Counted from the stretch's first letter, positions 1 to 8,323 are shown. The stretch is DNA of 64,000 bases from an uncultured Fibrobacterota bacterium (GCA_963753345.1 CAVWBU010000049.1:128001-192000), one strand, 5' to 3'. Program-made: numbers and translations. The notes: generated by a model not told the origin, from the letters alone.

Positions 1-1542
1 CATCTGGCCGTAGGCGTACGATTTTTCCTTGTGGATGATGGTCGAGAACGCGTCCACGAGCGCGCCGTTGATGAGGATGTCGAGCTTGACAAGGTCGTTT
101 TCCTGGAACGAGTCGAACTCGTAATCCATGGAGGCATAGCCCTTTGAAATGCTCTTGAGCGTGTCGAAGAAATCGATGATTATTTCCGAGAGCGGGAGTC
201 TGTAGTTCATGCACACGCGTGTGGGTTCAAGGTATTCCATGGTGCCCATGATCCCGCGCTTGTCCTCGCACAGCTTCATGATGGCGCCCACGAATTCGGT
301 GGGCGTGATGATCTGCACCTTGTCCATCGGCTCCGAAACGGATTCGAGGTAATTGGGAGGCGGGAGCTTGGCCGGGCTCTCGATGTACAGCTCCTCCTTG
401 TTGCGGGTAAGAATCTTGTACCTTACGTTGGGGACCGTGGTGATGATGTTGACATTGTATTCGCGGAACAGCCGCTCCTGCACCACCTCCATGTGGAGGA
501 GGCCGAGAAACCCGGCGCGGAACCCGAACCCAAGCGCCCCGGACGTTTCGGGCACGTAGGAAAGCGACGAGTCGTTGAGCGTGAGTTTTTCCAGCGACGA
601 GCGCAGGTTCTCGTAATCGTCTTTGTCAACCGGGTAAATGCCCGAGAACACCATGGGCTTCACCTCTTTGTAGCCCGCGACCGGCGCATCGGCGCCGCCG
701 GTCTTGAGGGTGATCGTATCGCCGATCTTGATGTCCGACACCGTCTTGATATTCGCGATAACGTAGCCCACCTGGCCGGGGGTGAGCACGTCTTCCGGCG
801 TCCTGCCGAGACGGAAGAATCCAACTTCCATCACCTCATGCTCGCTGCCGCGAAAGAAAAACTTCACCATGTCGCGTGCCTTGATCTGGCCGTCGAACAC
901 GCGCACGTACGCCACGGCGCCGCGGAACGGGTCGAACTTCGAATCGAATATCAGGGCCTTGAGCGGTCGGTCGACGGAACCCGCGGGCGGCGGAACGGCG
1001 GCCACGATACGTTCGAGGATCGCGTCGACCCCCGCGCCTGATTTCGCACTGCACCGCAGGATCGAGGCTGCGTCGACGCCGAGCAGGTCGGAGATCTGCC
1101 GCGCCACGTCGTCGGGGTGGGCCGACGGCAGGTCTATCTTGTTCATCACCGGGATGATCTCGAGGTCGTTGCCGAGCGCAAGGTACACGTTGGTGAGCGT
1201 CTGCGCCTCGATGCCCTGGCTCGCGTCCACCACGAGCACGGCGCCTTCGCATGCCGCAAGCGAGCGCGACACCTCGTACGAAAAGTCAACGTGGCCGGGC
1301 GTGTCGATGAGGTTGAAGCAGTAGTCGCTGCCGTCCTTGGCGCGGTAGGTCATGCGCACGGGGTGCGACTTGATGGTGATCCCGCGCTCGCGCTCGAGAT
1401 CCATGTCGTCGAGGATCTGGTCCTGCATCCGGTCCTTCGCCACCGTGCCGGTGATCTCGAGGAAGCGGTCGGCCAGCGTCGACTTGCCGTGGTCGATGTG
1501 CGCGATGATGCAGAAATTGCGGATAAATTTGGGGTCCTGCAA
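1..1542 (-). CDS. lepA: Elongation factor 4 (LepA), 3' end runs off the window
   Basis: Manual translation from TTG at 1542 (GGAG RBS upstream) gives [26 protein letters not shown], later [12 protein letters not shown] and [14 protein letters not shown]; the frame stays open to position 1. Confidence 0.97.
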   Translation of the reverse strand, partial: MQDPKFIRNFCIIAHIDHGKSTLADRFLEITGTVAKDRMQDQILDDMDLERERGITIKSHPVRMTYRAKDGSDYCFNLIDTPGHVDFSYEVSRSLAACEGAVLVVDASQGIEAQTLTNVYLALGNDLEIIPVMNKIDLPSAHPDDVARQISDLLGVDAASILRCSAKSGAGVDAILERIVAAVPPPAGSVDRPLKALIFDSKFDPFRGAVAYVRVFDGQIKARDMVKFFFRGSEHEVMEVGFFRLGRTPEDVLTPGQVGYVIANIKTVSDIKIGDTITLKTGGADAPVAGYKEVKPMVFSGIYPVDKDDYENLRSSLEKLTLNDSSLSYVPETSGALGFGFRAGFLGLLHMEVVQERLFREYNVNIITTVPNVRYKILTRNKEELYIESPAKLPPPNYLESVSEPMDKVQIITPTEFVGAIMKLCEDKRGIMGTMEYLEPTRVCMNYRLPLSEIIIDFFDTLKSISKGYASMDYEFDSFQENDLVKLDILINGALVDAFSTIIHKEKSYAYGQM

Positions 1543-1640
1543 AAAAAACTCCGGATTTCTATTCTATTTTCTGGATGAATGAGAGTGTTTGCGACAATGG
1601 AAAATACAATAGGGGAGACGGCAAATTAGTTGAAGATTTT

Positions 1641-1830
1641 GGGCGTTCCCCCATGTAGAGTCTCTACATGGGGGCGGCCGTGCTTCCGGTCTCGGCCTCC
1701 GGCCTCGGGCTGCCTGCCACGAATGCCCTGCGGGCCGTGGTCAGGCAGCACCGCGCTCCTGCGCGGCCTCCAGTCCTGCCTAACGCGCGGCAACGGAATT
1801 CTATTCAGTCAACTATTTCTTTCCGCGCCA
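1641..1830 (-). repeat. Structured intergenic repeat family F1, copy A, with upstream spaced motif
   Basis: Reverse complement reads TGGCGC-N12-TTGACT-N17-CGCGCGTTAGG...GACTGGAGG...GAGACCGGAAG...GGGGAACGCCC, matching copies at 5333, 8128, 50589 and 62220. Confidence 0.85.
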
Positions 1831-1873
1831 AAACGCATGCGCACACATCAACTAACGTTTCTTTCTTTACTTT

Positions 1874-1986
1874 TCAACGCTTCAACTATTCAACGTTTCA
1901 ACGCTTTTCTTCTCAACTCATCAACGCTCCAACGCTCGAACGCTCCAACTCTTCAACTTCTCAACTCCTCAACTTCTCAACTTCTT
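1874..1986 (-). repeat. Degenerate tandem octamer tract (TCAACTTC / GAAGTTGA)n
   Basis: Repeated TCAACNNN units visible on the + strand; overlaps the stop codon of the MurC-like gene. Confidence 0.85.
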
Positions 1987-3339
1987 CCTTATCTCCTCCA
2001 CCAGCGCCGGCAAAGAAGGATCTCTTGCGCCCATCACAAGCACAACATCACCAGCCCCGGTGTGCTGCTTGATAAGCGCGACAAGTTCAGCACGGTCGCG
2101 CGGGGCGGATACGGTTTTGCCCTTGTCCCGCACGAGGCCGGCGATAATGTCCGACGAGATGTCCTTCTGTGCGGTGCCGCCCGCGTAATAGATGGGGAGG
2201 AGAAACAGCATGTCGTCGGATGTCAATTCCTCTGCGAACATGGCGACGAATTCGTCCTTGAGGAACCGGGTGGGGCCGAAGCCGTGCGGCTGGAACACTG
2301 CAAGCACGCGAGGGGAGAGCAGGCGTGCGGCACGGATGGCTGCGCGGATTTTTTCCGGGTTGTGGGCGTAATCGTCGATGATGCGGATGCCGTTCTGTAA
2401 AGTCACCACCGAAAACCTGCGCTGCACGCCCTGGTATTCCGCCGCCGCGTGGGCCAGGGACGGCCCGTCGCAGCCGAGCGTGTCGCACACGCACAGCGCG
2501 GCCAGAAGGTTCGACAGGTTGTGCGCTCCGGGCAGCGGAAGGGTGTAGGTGACGCCGCCGCGCGAAAATGAAATCCCGGGCGCAATGGTAAAGCCCTTGT
2601 CGGGCGCGAAGTCTCCCTCGAGACCGAAGGTGCGCTGCGCGCCGAGGACCGCGAGCTGCGGGTCGTCGGCGTTGGCAACGGTGATGTTCGACTGTCTCGC
2701 CAGCGCGGAAAACAGGCAGAGCGTTTCGGGCACGGGCTTGTGGTCCTTGGACACGTTGAGGAACACGCTCAAGTACGGTTTGTATTTTGCGCACGTGCCG
2801 TCACTTTCGTCCGCCTCGATCACAAGGATGTCCGACGTGCCCATAAAGGCGTTGCCCGCAAGCCCCTGCTTTTCCAGGCGCACAAGGCCTGCGCCTGAAA
2901 TGAGCGAGGGCGACTTGCCGCATGCGTCAAGGAACTCCCATATCATTGCCGCGACGGTCGATTTTCCGCTCGTGCCCGCGACCGCGATGGTCGCCTTTGA
3001 TGCCACGACCGCCGCGAGCACATCGGACCGGTGAACGATCGCTATGCCCGCGGCACGCGCGGCCGCGATCTCGGGGTTTGTCTCCTCGATTGCGGTGGAC
3101 ACCACGAGCGCGTCGGTGCCGCGGGTGACGCCGGATCCGTCCTGCGGAACAAGGATGCAGCCGAGCTTGACGAGCTTGTCCTGGAGGTCCAGCACGTCCG
3201 CCGAATTGAGAAGACGGTCTGAGCCGGACACAACCACGCCGTCCCATGCGCAGTACTGGGCGATCGCGCTCATGCCCGAGCCGAGGATGCCCGCGAAATG
3301 CAGGCGGCGGCACGACACGCCGTTAATCGATAACGACAA
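1969..3339 (-). CDS. MurC/Mpl-like Mur ligase paralog
   Basis: GILGSGMSAIA, P-loop AGTSGKST, EADESDG, DDYAHNP and FQPHGFGP motifs; canonical murC lies separately in the dcw cluster. Confidence 0.85.
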   Translation of the reverse strand: MSLSINGVSCRRLHFAGILGSGMSAIAQYCAWDGVVVSGSDRLLNSADVLDLQDKLVKLGCILVPQDGSGVTRGTDALVVSTAIEETNPEIAAARAAGIAIVHRSDVLAAVVASKATIAVAGTSGKSTVAAMIWEFLDACGKSPSLISGAGLVRLEKQGLAGNAFMGTSDILVIEADESDGTCAKYKPYLSVFLNVSKDHKPVPETLCLFSALARQSNITVANADDPQLAVLGAQRTFGLEGDFAPDKGFTIAPGISFSRGGVTYTLPLPGAHNLSNLLAALCVCDTLGCDGPSLAHAAAEYQGVQRRFSVVTLQNGIRIIDDYAHNPEKIRAAIRAARLLSPRVLAVFQPHGFGPTRFLKDEFVAMFAEELTSDDMLFLLPIYYAGGTAQKDISSDIIAGLVRDKGKTVSAPRDRAELVALIKQHTGAGDVVLVMGARDPSLPALVEEIRKKLRS

Positions 3340-3853
3340 GCATACCCTCCGGAACGTGGTCGAACAGTTCCACGATGTCCGCGTTCTTCATGCACACGCA
3401 GCCGTGCGACGCGGGCGCGCCCACGGACTTCTCGTTGTTGGTGCCGTGGATGTAAATGTACCGCTCATAGGAATCGATGCCCTCGCCGCGGTTGATCCCG
3501 TCTTCGCATCCTTCGAGGCGCAATATTCTCGTAAGGATAAGATTCTCGCCCGGGACGCCCACGGTCCATGTTTCTCCTGTGTCAAGGCGGTCCCGAAATA
3601 CCCTGCCCACGGGCGCGCCGTGGCCGTATTTTTCCTTCACCCGGTGCACGCCCGCGGGCGTCATGAGCGAGCCGTCGGCGTTGCCCACGCCGAACCTCGA
3701 CGACGACACCGGGTATTCCTTCACGGCAACGCCGTCAACCAGGCGGTACAGCCTCTGTTTCGCAATGTCGACAAACAGGAATTTCTGCGGCGTTGCGCCG
3801 CACGTCCGTTTGAGGCGCTCCTGGGCGTTCCGCAAACGCACTGCATCGATCAT
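3323..3853 (-). CDS. L,D-transpeptidase (YkuD family)
   Basis: IYIHGT...ASHGCVCM catalytic motif; ATG at 3853 with AGGAGA RBS; overlaps the start of the Mur ligase gene. Confidence 0.88.
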   Translation of the reverse strand: MIDAVRLRNAQERLKRTCGATPQKFLFVDIAKQRLYRLVDGVAVKEYPVSSSRFGVGNADGSLMTPAGVHRVKEKYGHGAPVGRVFRDRLDTGETWTVGVPGENLILTRILRLEGCEDGINRGEGIDSYERYIYIHGTNNEKSVGAPASHGCVCMKNADIVELFDHVPEGMLVVID

Positions 3854-3974
3854 GGACACTTCTCCTGCCGCGCCGGGAGGACGCAAAGTAAACTTGTTGT
3901 AGACATGCGCACCGTAATAAAATATAATCAATATCTGCAACGAGGCTCACACATCAGCGGAAAGGCAGGCCATC

Positions 3975-4655
3975 ATGAACGGTAAACCGGCGCAGCAGCC
4001 ACAGCTTCTCTCGAACGACGACACGTGGCGCATCTTCCGCATCATGGCCGAATTCGTTGAAGGGTTCGAGACCCTGTCGAAAATCGGCCCGTGCGTCACC
4101 ATTTTCGGGTCGGCGCGCACGGCCGCGGGCGACGTGTACTACGAGATGGCCCGTTCGGTGGCTTCGCTTGCCGTCAAGCACGGCTACGGGGTGATCACGG
4201 GCGGAGGCGGCGGCATCATGGAAGGCGCCAACAGGGGGGCATTCGAGGCCAACGGAACGTCGGTGGGGCTCAACATACAATTGCCGTTTGAGCAGGTGCC
4301 CAACAAGTACATCAAGCTCCTGCTGAGCTTTCGGCATTTCTTCTGCCGCAAGGTGATGTTCCTCAAGTACACCTCGGCGGTTGTCGTGCTGCCGGGAGGT
4401 TTCGGCACCATGGACGAACTGTTCGAAACGCTCACGCTCATCCAGACCCACAAGAGCGAAACGCTGCCGCTTGTCATTATGGGAAAAAGCTACTGGGAAG
4501 GGCTCATTGCGTGGCTGCGCGCGGGCATGCTCGGGAAAGGATACATTTCTCCGGAGGATTTCGATCTCGTGAGGCTCACCGACGATCCGCAGGAAACCAT
4601 CGACATCATCAACACGTTTATGAAGAAGCGCAGCACGCAGGTGAATTTTTCCTGA
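3975..4655 (+). CDS. LOG family (TIGR00730-type) nucleotide phosphoribohydrolase
   Basis: FGSAR, TGGGGGIMEGANRGA and PGGFGTMDELFE motifs. Confidence 0.92.
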   Translation: MNGKPAQQPQLLSNDDTWRIFRIMAEFVEGFETLSKIGPCVTIFGSARTAAGDVYYEMARSVASLAVKHGYGVITGGGGGIMEGANRGAFEANGTSVGLNIQLPFEQVPNKYIKLLLSFRHFFCRKVMFLKYTSAVVVLPGGFGTMDELFETLTLIQTHKSETLPLVIMGKSYWEGLIAWLRAGMLGKGYISPEDFDLVRLTDDPQETIDIINTFMKKRSTQVNFS

Positions 4656-4689
4656 CGGGAATCTATTTGTGCAAATAAAAAGTTTGTTG

Positions 4690-4718
4690 TTGACAAATTG
4701 TTTCGTGGAAGATATTAT
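4690..4718 (+). promoter_or_regulatory. Sigma70-type promoter for the small basic peptide gene
   Basis: TTGACA (4690-4695), 17 nt, TATTAT (4713-4718). Confidence 0.8.
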
Positions 4719-4853
4719 TTATATGGAAGCAGGCGGGAACAACGCCCGCTTCCGATAAGTAAACAAACGAAATGGGGCTTGCGGTCCGACGAGTAACGAG
4801 TAAGTCCGCGCAAGTTCCGAGTTTCCCGTCCTCATCCAAAAGGAGGTGCTGCC

Positions 4854-4916
4854 GTGGCAGCGAAGAAGAGGAAAAAAGTCGCGAAGAAAAAAGCGACGAA
4901 GAAAAGGAAAAGATAG
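4854..4916 (+). CDS. 20-aa Lys/Arg-rich peptide MAAKKRKKVAKKKATKKRKR
   Basis: GTG start following AGGAGGTG RBS (4841-4848), TAG stop; flanked by promoter and terminator; below the ORF-track length cutoff. Confidence 0.7.
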   Translation: MAAKKRKKVAKKKATKKRKR

Positions 4917-4949
4917 GTCTTTCGTTCCTGCACGATGTGCGCAGGCAAG

Positions 4950-4985
4950 GCGGGTGGACGTGATGTCCGCCCGCTTTTGATTTTT
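4950..4985 (+). terminator. Intrinsic terminator
   Basis: GCGGGTGGAC-GTGAT-GTCCGCCCGC stem followed by TTTTGATTTTT. Confidence 0.8.
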
Positions 4986-5024
4986 AGGTTAGAGAATGGG
5001 AATCGAAAAGTTACTAATGGTGTC

Positions 5025-5141
5025 GGCGGGGGAAGTTTCCCCCTCGCTCCGGCCGCCTTCGGCGTCCTGCGCTACCCCCTCCTGGGTGCACCCCAAGTGG
5101 AAGCAGTGGCTGAATCAAGCATCTGTGTGGGGGCACCTACG
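5025..5141 (+). repeat. Structured intergenic repeat family F2, copy 1
   Basis: GGGGGAAGTTTCCCCCTCGCTCCGGCC-hairpin-GTCCTGCGCTACCCCCTC-TGGGTG..CCCC...GGGGCACCTACG; homologs at 7909, 50390 and 53014. Confidence 0.85.
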
Positions 5142-5260
5142 TAGAGCAGTTGTGAAGGCATTCCTTTTTCTCACTCAGTTTTGTTTGATCCGCCACAAAA
5201 TGGCGCATTATTTATTGCCGGGGCAACGCCCCGGGGCGACAAACAGAACAATGTATATTT

Positions 5261-5310
5261 CCCCTCTCCACTTTTGGAGAGGGGTGGCCGTGACAACGGC
5301 CGGGGTGAGG
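5261..5310 (+). repeat. REP-like palindrome (CCCTCTCC...GGAGAGGG...GGGGTGAGG family)
   Basis: Hairpin plus GGGGTGAGG tail; related copies at 32723 (minus) and 56607. Confidence 0.7.
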
Positions 5311-5332
5311 CGACGATTCTGAGAATTCCACT

Positions 5333-5508
5333 TGGCGCAACTATTGCAACTTGACAAAATAGATTTCTTCTGCCGCGCGTTAGGTGGACCGGAGGGCGCG
5401 CAAGAGCGCGCTGCCGGTCGACCCGGCCGATAGGCATAGGGCGATCCGGCAACGAGGCGAACAGCAGAGCCCGCAGGGAGACCGACCCCGCGAAGCGGGG
5501 GAACGCCC
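5333..5508 (+). repeat. Repeat family F1, copy B
   Basis: TGGCGC-N12-TTGACA-N17-CGCGCGTTAGG...GCGCGC-AAGA-GCGCGC...GGGGAACGCCC. Confidence 0.8.
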
Positions 5509-5686
5509 TGGTCTTATTTCTCTATTCCCTCCCAGCTATAATTATTGCACCCCGGTCTGGCATCTTTTAGATTTATTCCGCCTTGCGAAAGCATTACCGG
5601 GCAAAGATGTCCGCCGGGATGCCATGCAAATTTGAACGGCATGAGAGCATGGACAGCGCAAGGCTTGATACCCCTTTGTTAAGGTC

Positions 5687-7873
5687 ATGAAAGAATACTC
5701 CGCATACATCTCCGACACGTGGAACATCTCCGAGCCGCTCGCCAAAGAACTGTGCGAATGCTACGAAAAAGGGTATTCCCCGTATTACTGCGCCGACTAC
5801 CGGCCCGCGGTCGCGGTTGAGCTCGACGCCGCCGGCGTGTGGCCGATCTTCGATTTCCTCCGCACTATGGTCGAGCTATCGCCGAAGAAGAAGCGGCTTC
5901 TCAACGCGCTTAAGAAAAGCGGGAAGCTCACCGGCGACCTGGAAAAGCGGATCGTGCACAGCGCGAATTCCTTCGAGCTCGACGATATGCTTTTGCCGGA
6001 ACGGCTCAACCCGCGGAGCAAGGGACAGCTTGCGCTCAAGAAGGGGCTGGGCGAATGCGCCGACGCCATTCTTGCGCAGCAGGAAACAGGCGCTTCCCTC
6101 GATGACCTTGTCGCGCCGTACGTAGGGAAGGACCCTACGGTCGCGACGCAGGACGCCGTAATTGCAAATGTCAAGGACATCATCGCCGAGCGTTTCGCCT
6201 ACGACGAAACCGCGCGCGCCATGGTGCGCGAATTCATGTACGACGACGGCTTCTTCGAAGTCGTGCCCAAGTCGAAAACCGACGAGAGGTTTGCCCGCTT
6301 TGCCGGCAAACCGGCGCCGGTGCGCGAGGTTTCGAAGGAGGATCTCCTGATGCTCCTTGCCGCGGAAGACGGCAAACTTGCGCGCGTCAAGCTCACCGTG
6401 CAGCTCTTCCGCATCACCGAGCTTCTCAAGCACCACTTCGTGGTCAATCCCGACGCCGCCGGCTTCCCGCTCATCAGCGAGGCCATCGACGACAGCTGGG
6501 TGCGCCTGCTGCAGCCCATTGCCGAACGCGACGTCAAGGCGCGCCTGCGCGCCGAAGCCGAAGACTGGGCGCTCGGCGTCATCCGGCCGGACCTGCAGAA
6601 GCGGCTTGCCGGGGAAGGCGAGGAAAAATCGTGCATCGCCTGCGGGGTTCACGACAAGAAGACGTTCGCGGTCGTCGCGTGCAGCACGCGCGGGCGCCTG
6701 TACGGCGCGGCGGTCGAAAAGAAAATCCCGCTTGACAAGCCCGCGGTGAGCGAGCGCCTCAGACAGTTCGTGCTGCGGTACCATCCCGAGCGCATCCTGG
6801 TGGCCGACAACGAAAGCGCCGCGATCGCGGAGGCCATCATAGCAAAATCACTTGACGCGCTCCCGGCGGTCCCCGCGGTCGAGCGGGTCAAGCGGGCCGG
6901 GGGGCTTCCCGACATTGCGGCATCGGAATGGATGAAAAAGGAATGCGCCGATCTCGAAGAACCGATGCAGCACGTATTTGCCGCGGCATTGACCTGCCTT
7001 CAGCCCCTGCGCCTTCTTCCCGTCCTCGGCGCCGAATACTTTTCCCTTCATCCGCTGCAGGCCTGCGTCACGCCCGCCCGTTTTTCGGAATGCGTCGACC
7101 GGATCGTTGTCGGCATGAGCATCGCCCGCGGAATCTCCCCGAACGATCTTTCCGAAACGGTGCTGTCGCCGAACTTCGATCCGTTTGCAGGCGATGCCTT
7201 GCGAAAGGAGATCGCGTCCCGGTGCCAGAAGGCGCCGTTCGCCGCCAAGGACGACCTGCTCAAGGTGCCCGGCATCACCGAAAGCGCGTTCCGCAATCTG
7301 GCGGGCTATGTGGTGATTCCAACGGCCGATTTCGCCCTCGACCGCACCATGGTGCATCCCGACCATTTTTCGTGGATCGGCGAGATGTGCGAGTTTCTGC
7401 AGCTCCCGCCCGACGCGCTTGTGAACGACCCCGAGGCGGTCCGCTCGTTCCCGGAATCCGACTTCGCAAAGAAACTCTTTATCGAAAAGAAACTCATCGA
7501 CCAGCTTGCCGCCGGCCGCAGGTCCGCCGCGGCCGCGCTCGCCAAGCCCCGGCGGAAGCTCAAGCTCACCGAGATCGAGGAAGGTTCGGTGGTGAACGGC
7601 CGGGTGACCAACATCACGCCGTTCGGCGTGTTTGTCAACATCAACGCGGTGTGTGACGGCCTCATCCACATTTCACAGCTCGCCGACACCTATGTCGAAT
7701 CGGCCGACCAGGTGGTGAGCGTGGGCGACGTGATAAATGTCCGCGTTCTCAAGGTGGACATCAAGAAGCGGAGAATCTCGCTGTCGATGAAAGGCCTGGG
7801 CCACCAGGGCCCCAAGGTTTCCCCCTCAAAGCGCCAGCTGTCGGACCTTGCCTCTCATTTTCAGAATCGCTGA
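5687..7873 (+). CDS. Divergent Tex-like protein with C-terminal S1 domain
   Basis: Tex-like N-terminus, HhH-like KVPGITESAFRNLAGY, LDRTMVHPD, and S1 domain GRVTNITPFGVFVNI..DGLIHISQL. Confidence 0.8.
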   Translation: MKEYSAYISDTWNISEPLAKELCECYEKGYSPYYCADYRPAVAVELDAAGVWPIFDFLRTMVELSPKKKRLLNALKKSGKLTGDLEKRIVHSANSFELDDMLLPERLNPRSKGQLALKKGLGECADAILAQQETGASLDDLVAPYVGKDPTVATQDAVIANVKDIIAERFAYDETARAMVREFMYDDGFFEVVPKSKTDERFARFAGKPAPVREVSKEDLLMLLAAEDGKLARVKLTVQLFRITELLKHHFVVNPDAAGFPLISEAIDDSWVRLLQPIAERDVKARLRAEAEDWALGVIRPDLQKRLAGEGEEKSCIACGVHDKKTFAVVACSTRGRLYGAAVEKKIPLDKPAVSERLRQFVLRYHPERILVADNESAAIAEAIIAKSLDALPAVPAVERVKRAGGLPDIAASEWMKKECADLEEPMQHVFAAALTCLQPLRLLPVLGAEYFSLHPLQACVTPARFSECVDRIVVGMSIARGISPNDLSETVLSPNFDPFAGDALRKEIASRCQKAPFAAKDDLLKVPGITESAFRNLAGYVVIPTADFALDRTMVHPDHFSWIGEMCEFLQLPPDALVNDPEAVRSFPESDFAKKLFIEKKLIDQLAAGRRSAAAALAKPRRKLKLTEIEEGSVVNGRVTNITPFGVFVNINAVCDGLIHISQLADTYVESADQVVSVGDVINVRVLKVDIKKRRISLSMKGLGHQGPKVSPSKRQLSDLASHFQNR

Positions 7874-7908
7874 TATCAAGTTTTTCACTTTCTCCCAATG
7901 AATTTGCT

Positions 7909-8055
7909 GGTGGGGGAAGGCTCCCCGTCGCTCCGGCCCTGCGCTCGTCACATCAAAGTTCGTCTTATTCCGCGCAGGTCCTGCGCTGCCCCCTCATGGG
8001 TAGCCGCCTTGACAAAGCAGTGGCAAGACCATGCAATGCTGTGGCGGCACCCACG
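7909..8055 (+). repeat. Repeat family F2, copy 2
   Basis: Same conserved blocks as 5025-5141; terminal stem GCCGCC/GGCGGC replaces CCCC/GGGG. Confidence 0.85.
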
Positions 8056-8127
8056 AAGAATAGTTGAGGAGTTGAGAGGTTGAGAAGTTAATAGGAAAAC
8101 AATGATTTACTCCTTGAAGATTCCGGC

Positions 8128-8323
8128 TGGCGCAATAAGAGTAAATTGACAGAATGGATTTCTCCTGCCGCGCGTTAGGGGCGACTGGAGGTCCCGCTAG
8201 AGCGGGATGCCGCCCGGACACGCCGCGAAGCGGCCTCGTGCCGAGGCGGCCCGAGGCCGAAGGCCGAGACCGGAAGGAGAACCGACCCGAGCCTGAGTCT
8301 TGACGAAGGCGAGGGGAACGCCC
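8128..8323 (+). repeat. Repeat family F1, copy C
   Basis: TGGCGC-N12-TTGACA-N17-CGCGCGTTAGG...TCCCGC-TAGA-GCGGGA...GAGACCGGAAGG...GGGGAACGCCC. Confidence 0.88.

Noticed and set aside
353-1578. Plus-strand ORFs overlapping lepA, and the many long antisense ORFs elsewhere (e.g. 27025-29616, 25458-27173, 9016-10320)
   Set aside because: Shadow frames of GC-rich genes that have clear motifs on the opposite strand
1874-1986. Tandem repeat as a CRISPR array
   Set aside because: Units are about 8 bp with no unique spacers, and there are no cas genes
4772-5745. ORF-track calls 4772-4963, 4935-5144, 4996-5322, 5171-5452, 5384-5635 and 5542-5745
   Set aside because: They run through the leader, terminator and repeat elements, and lack RBS or protein-like composition
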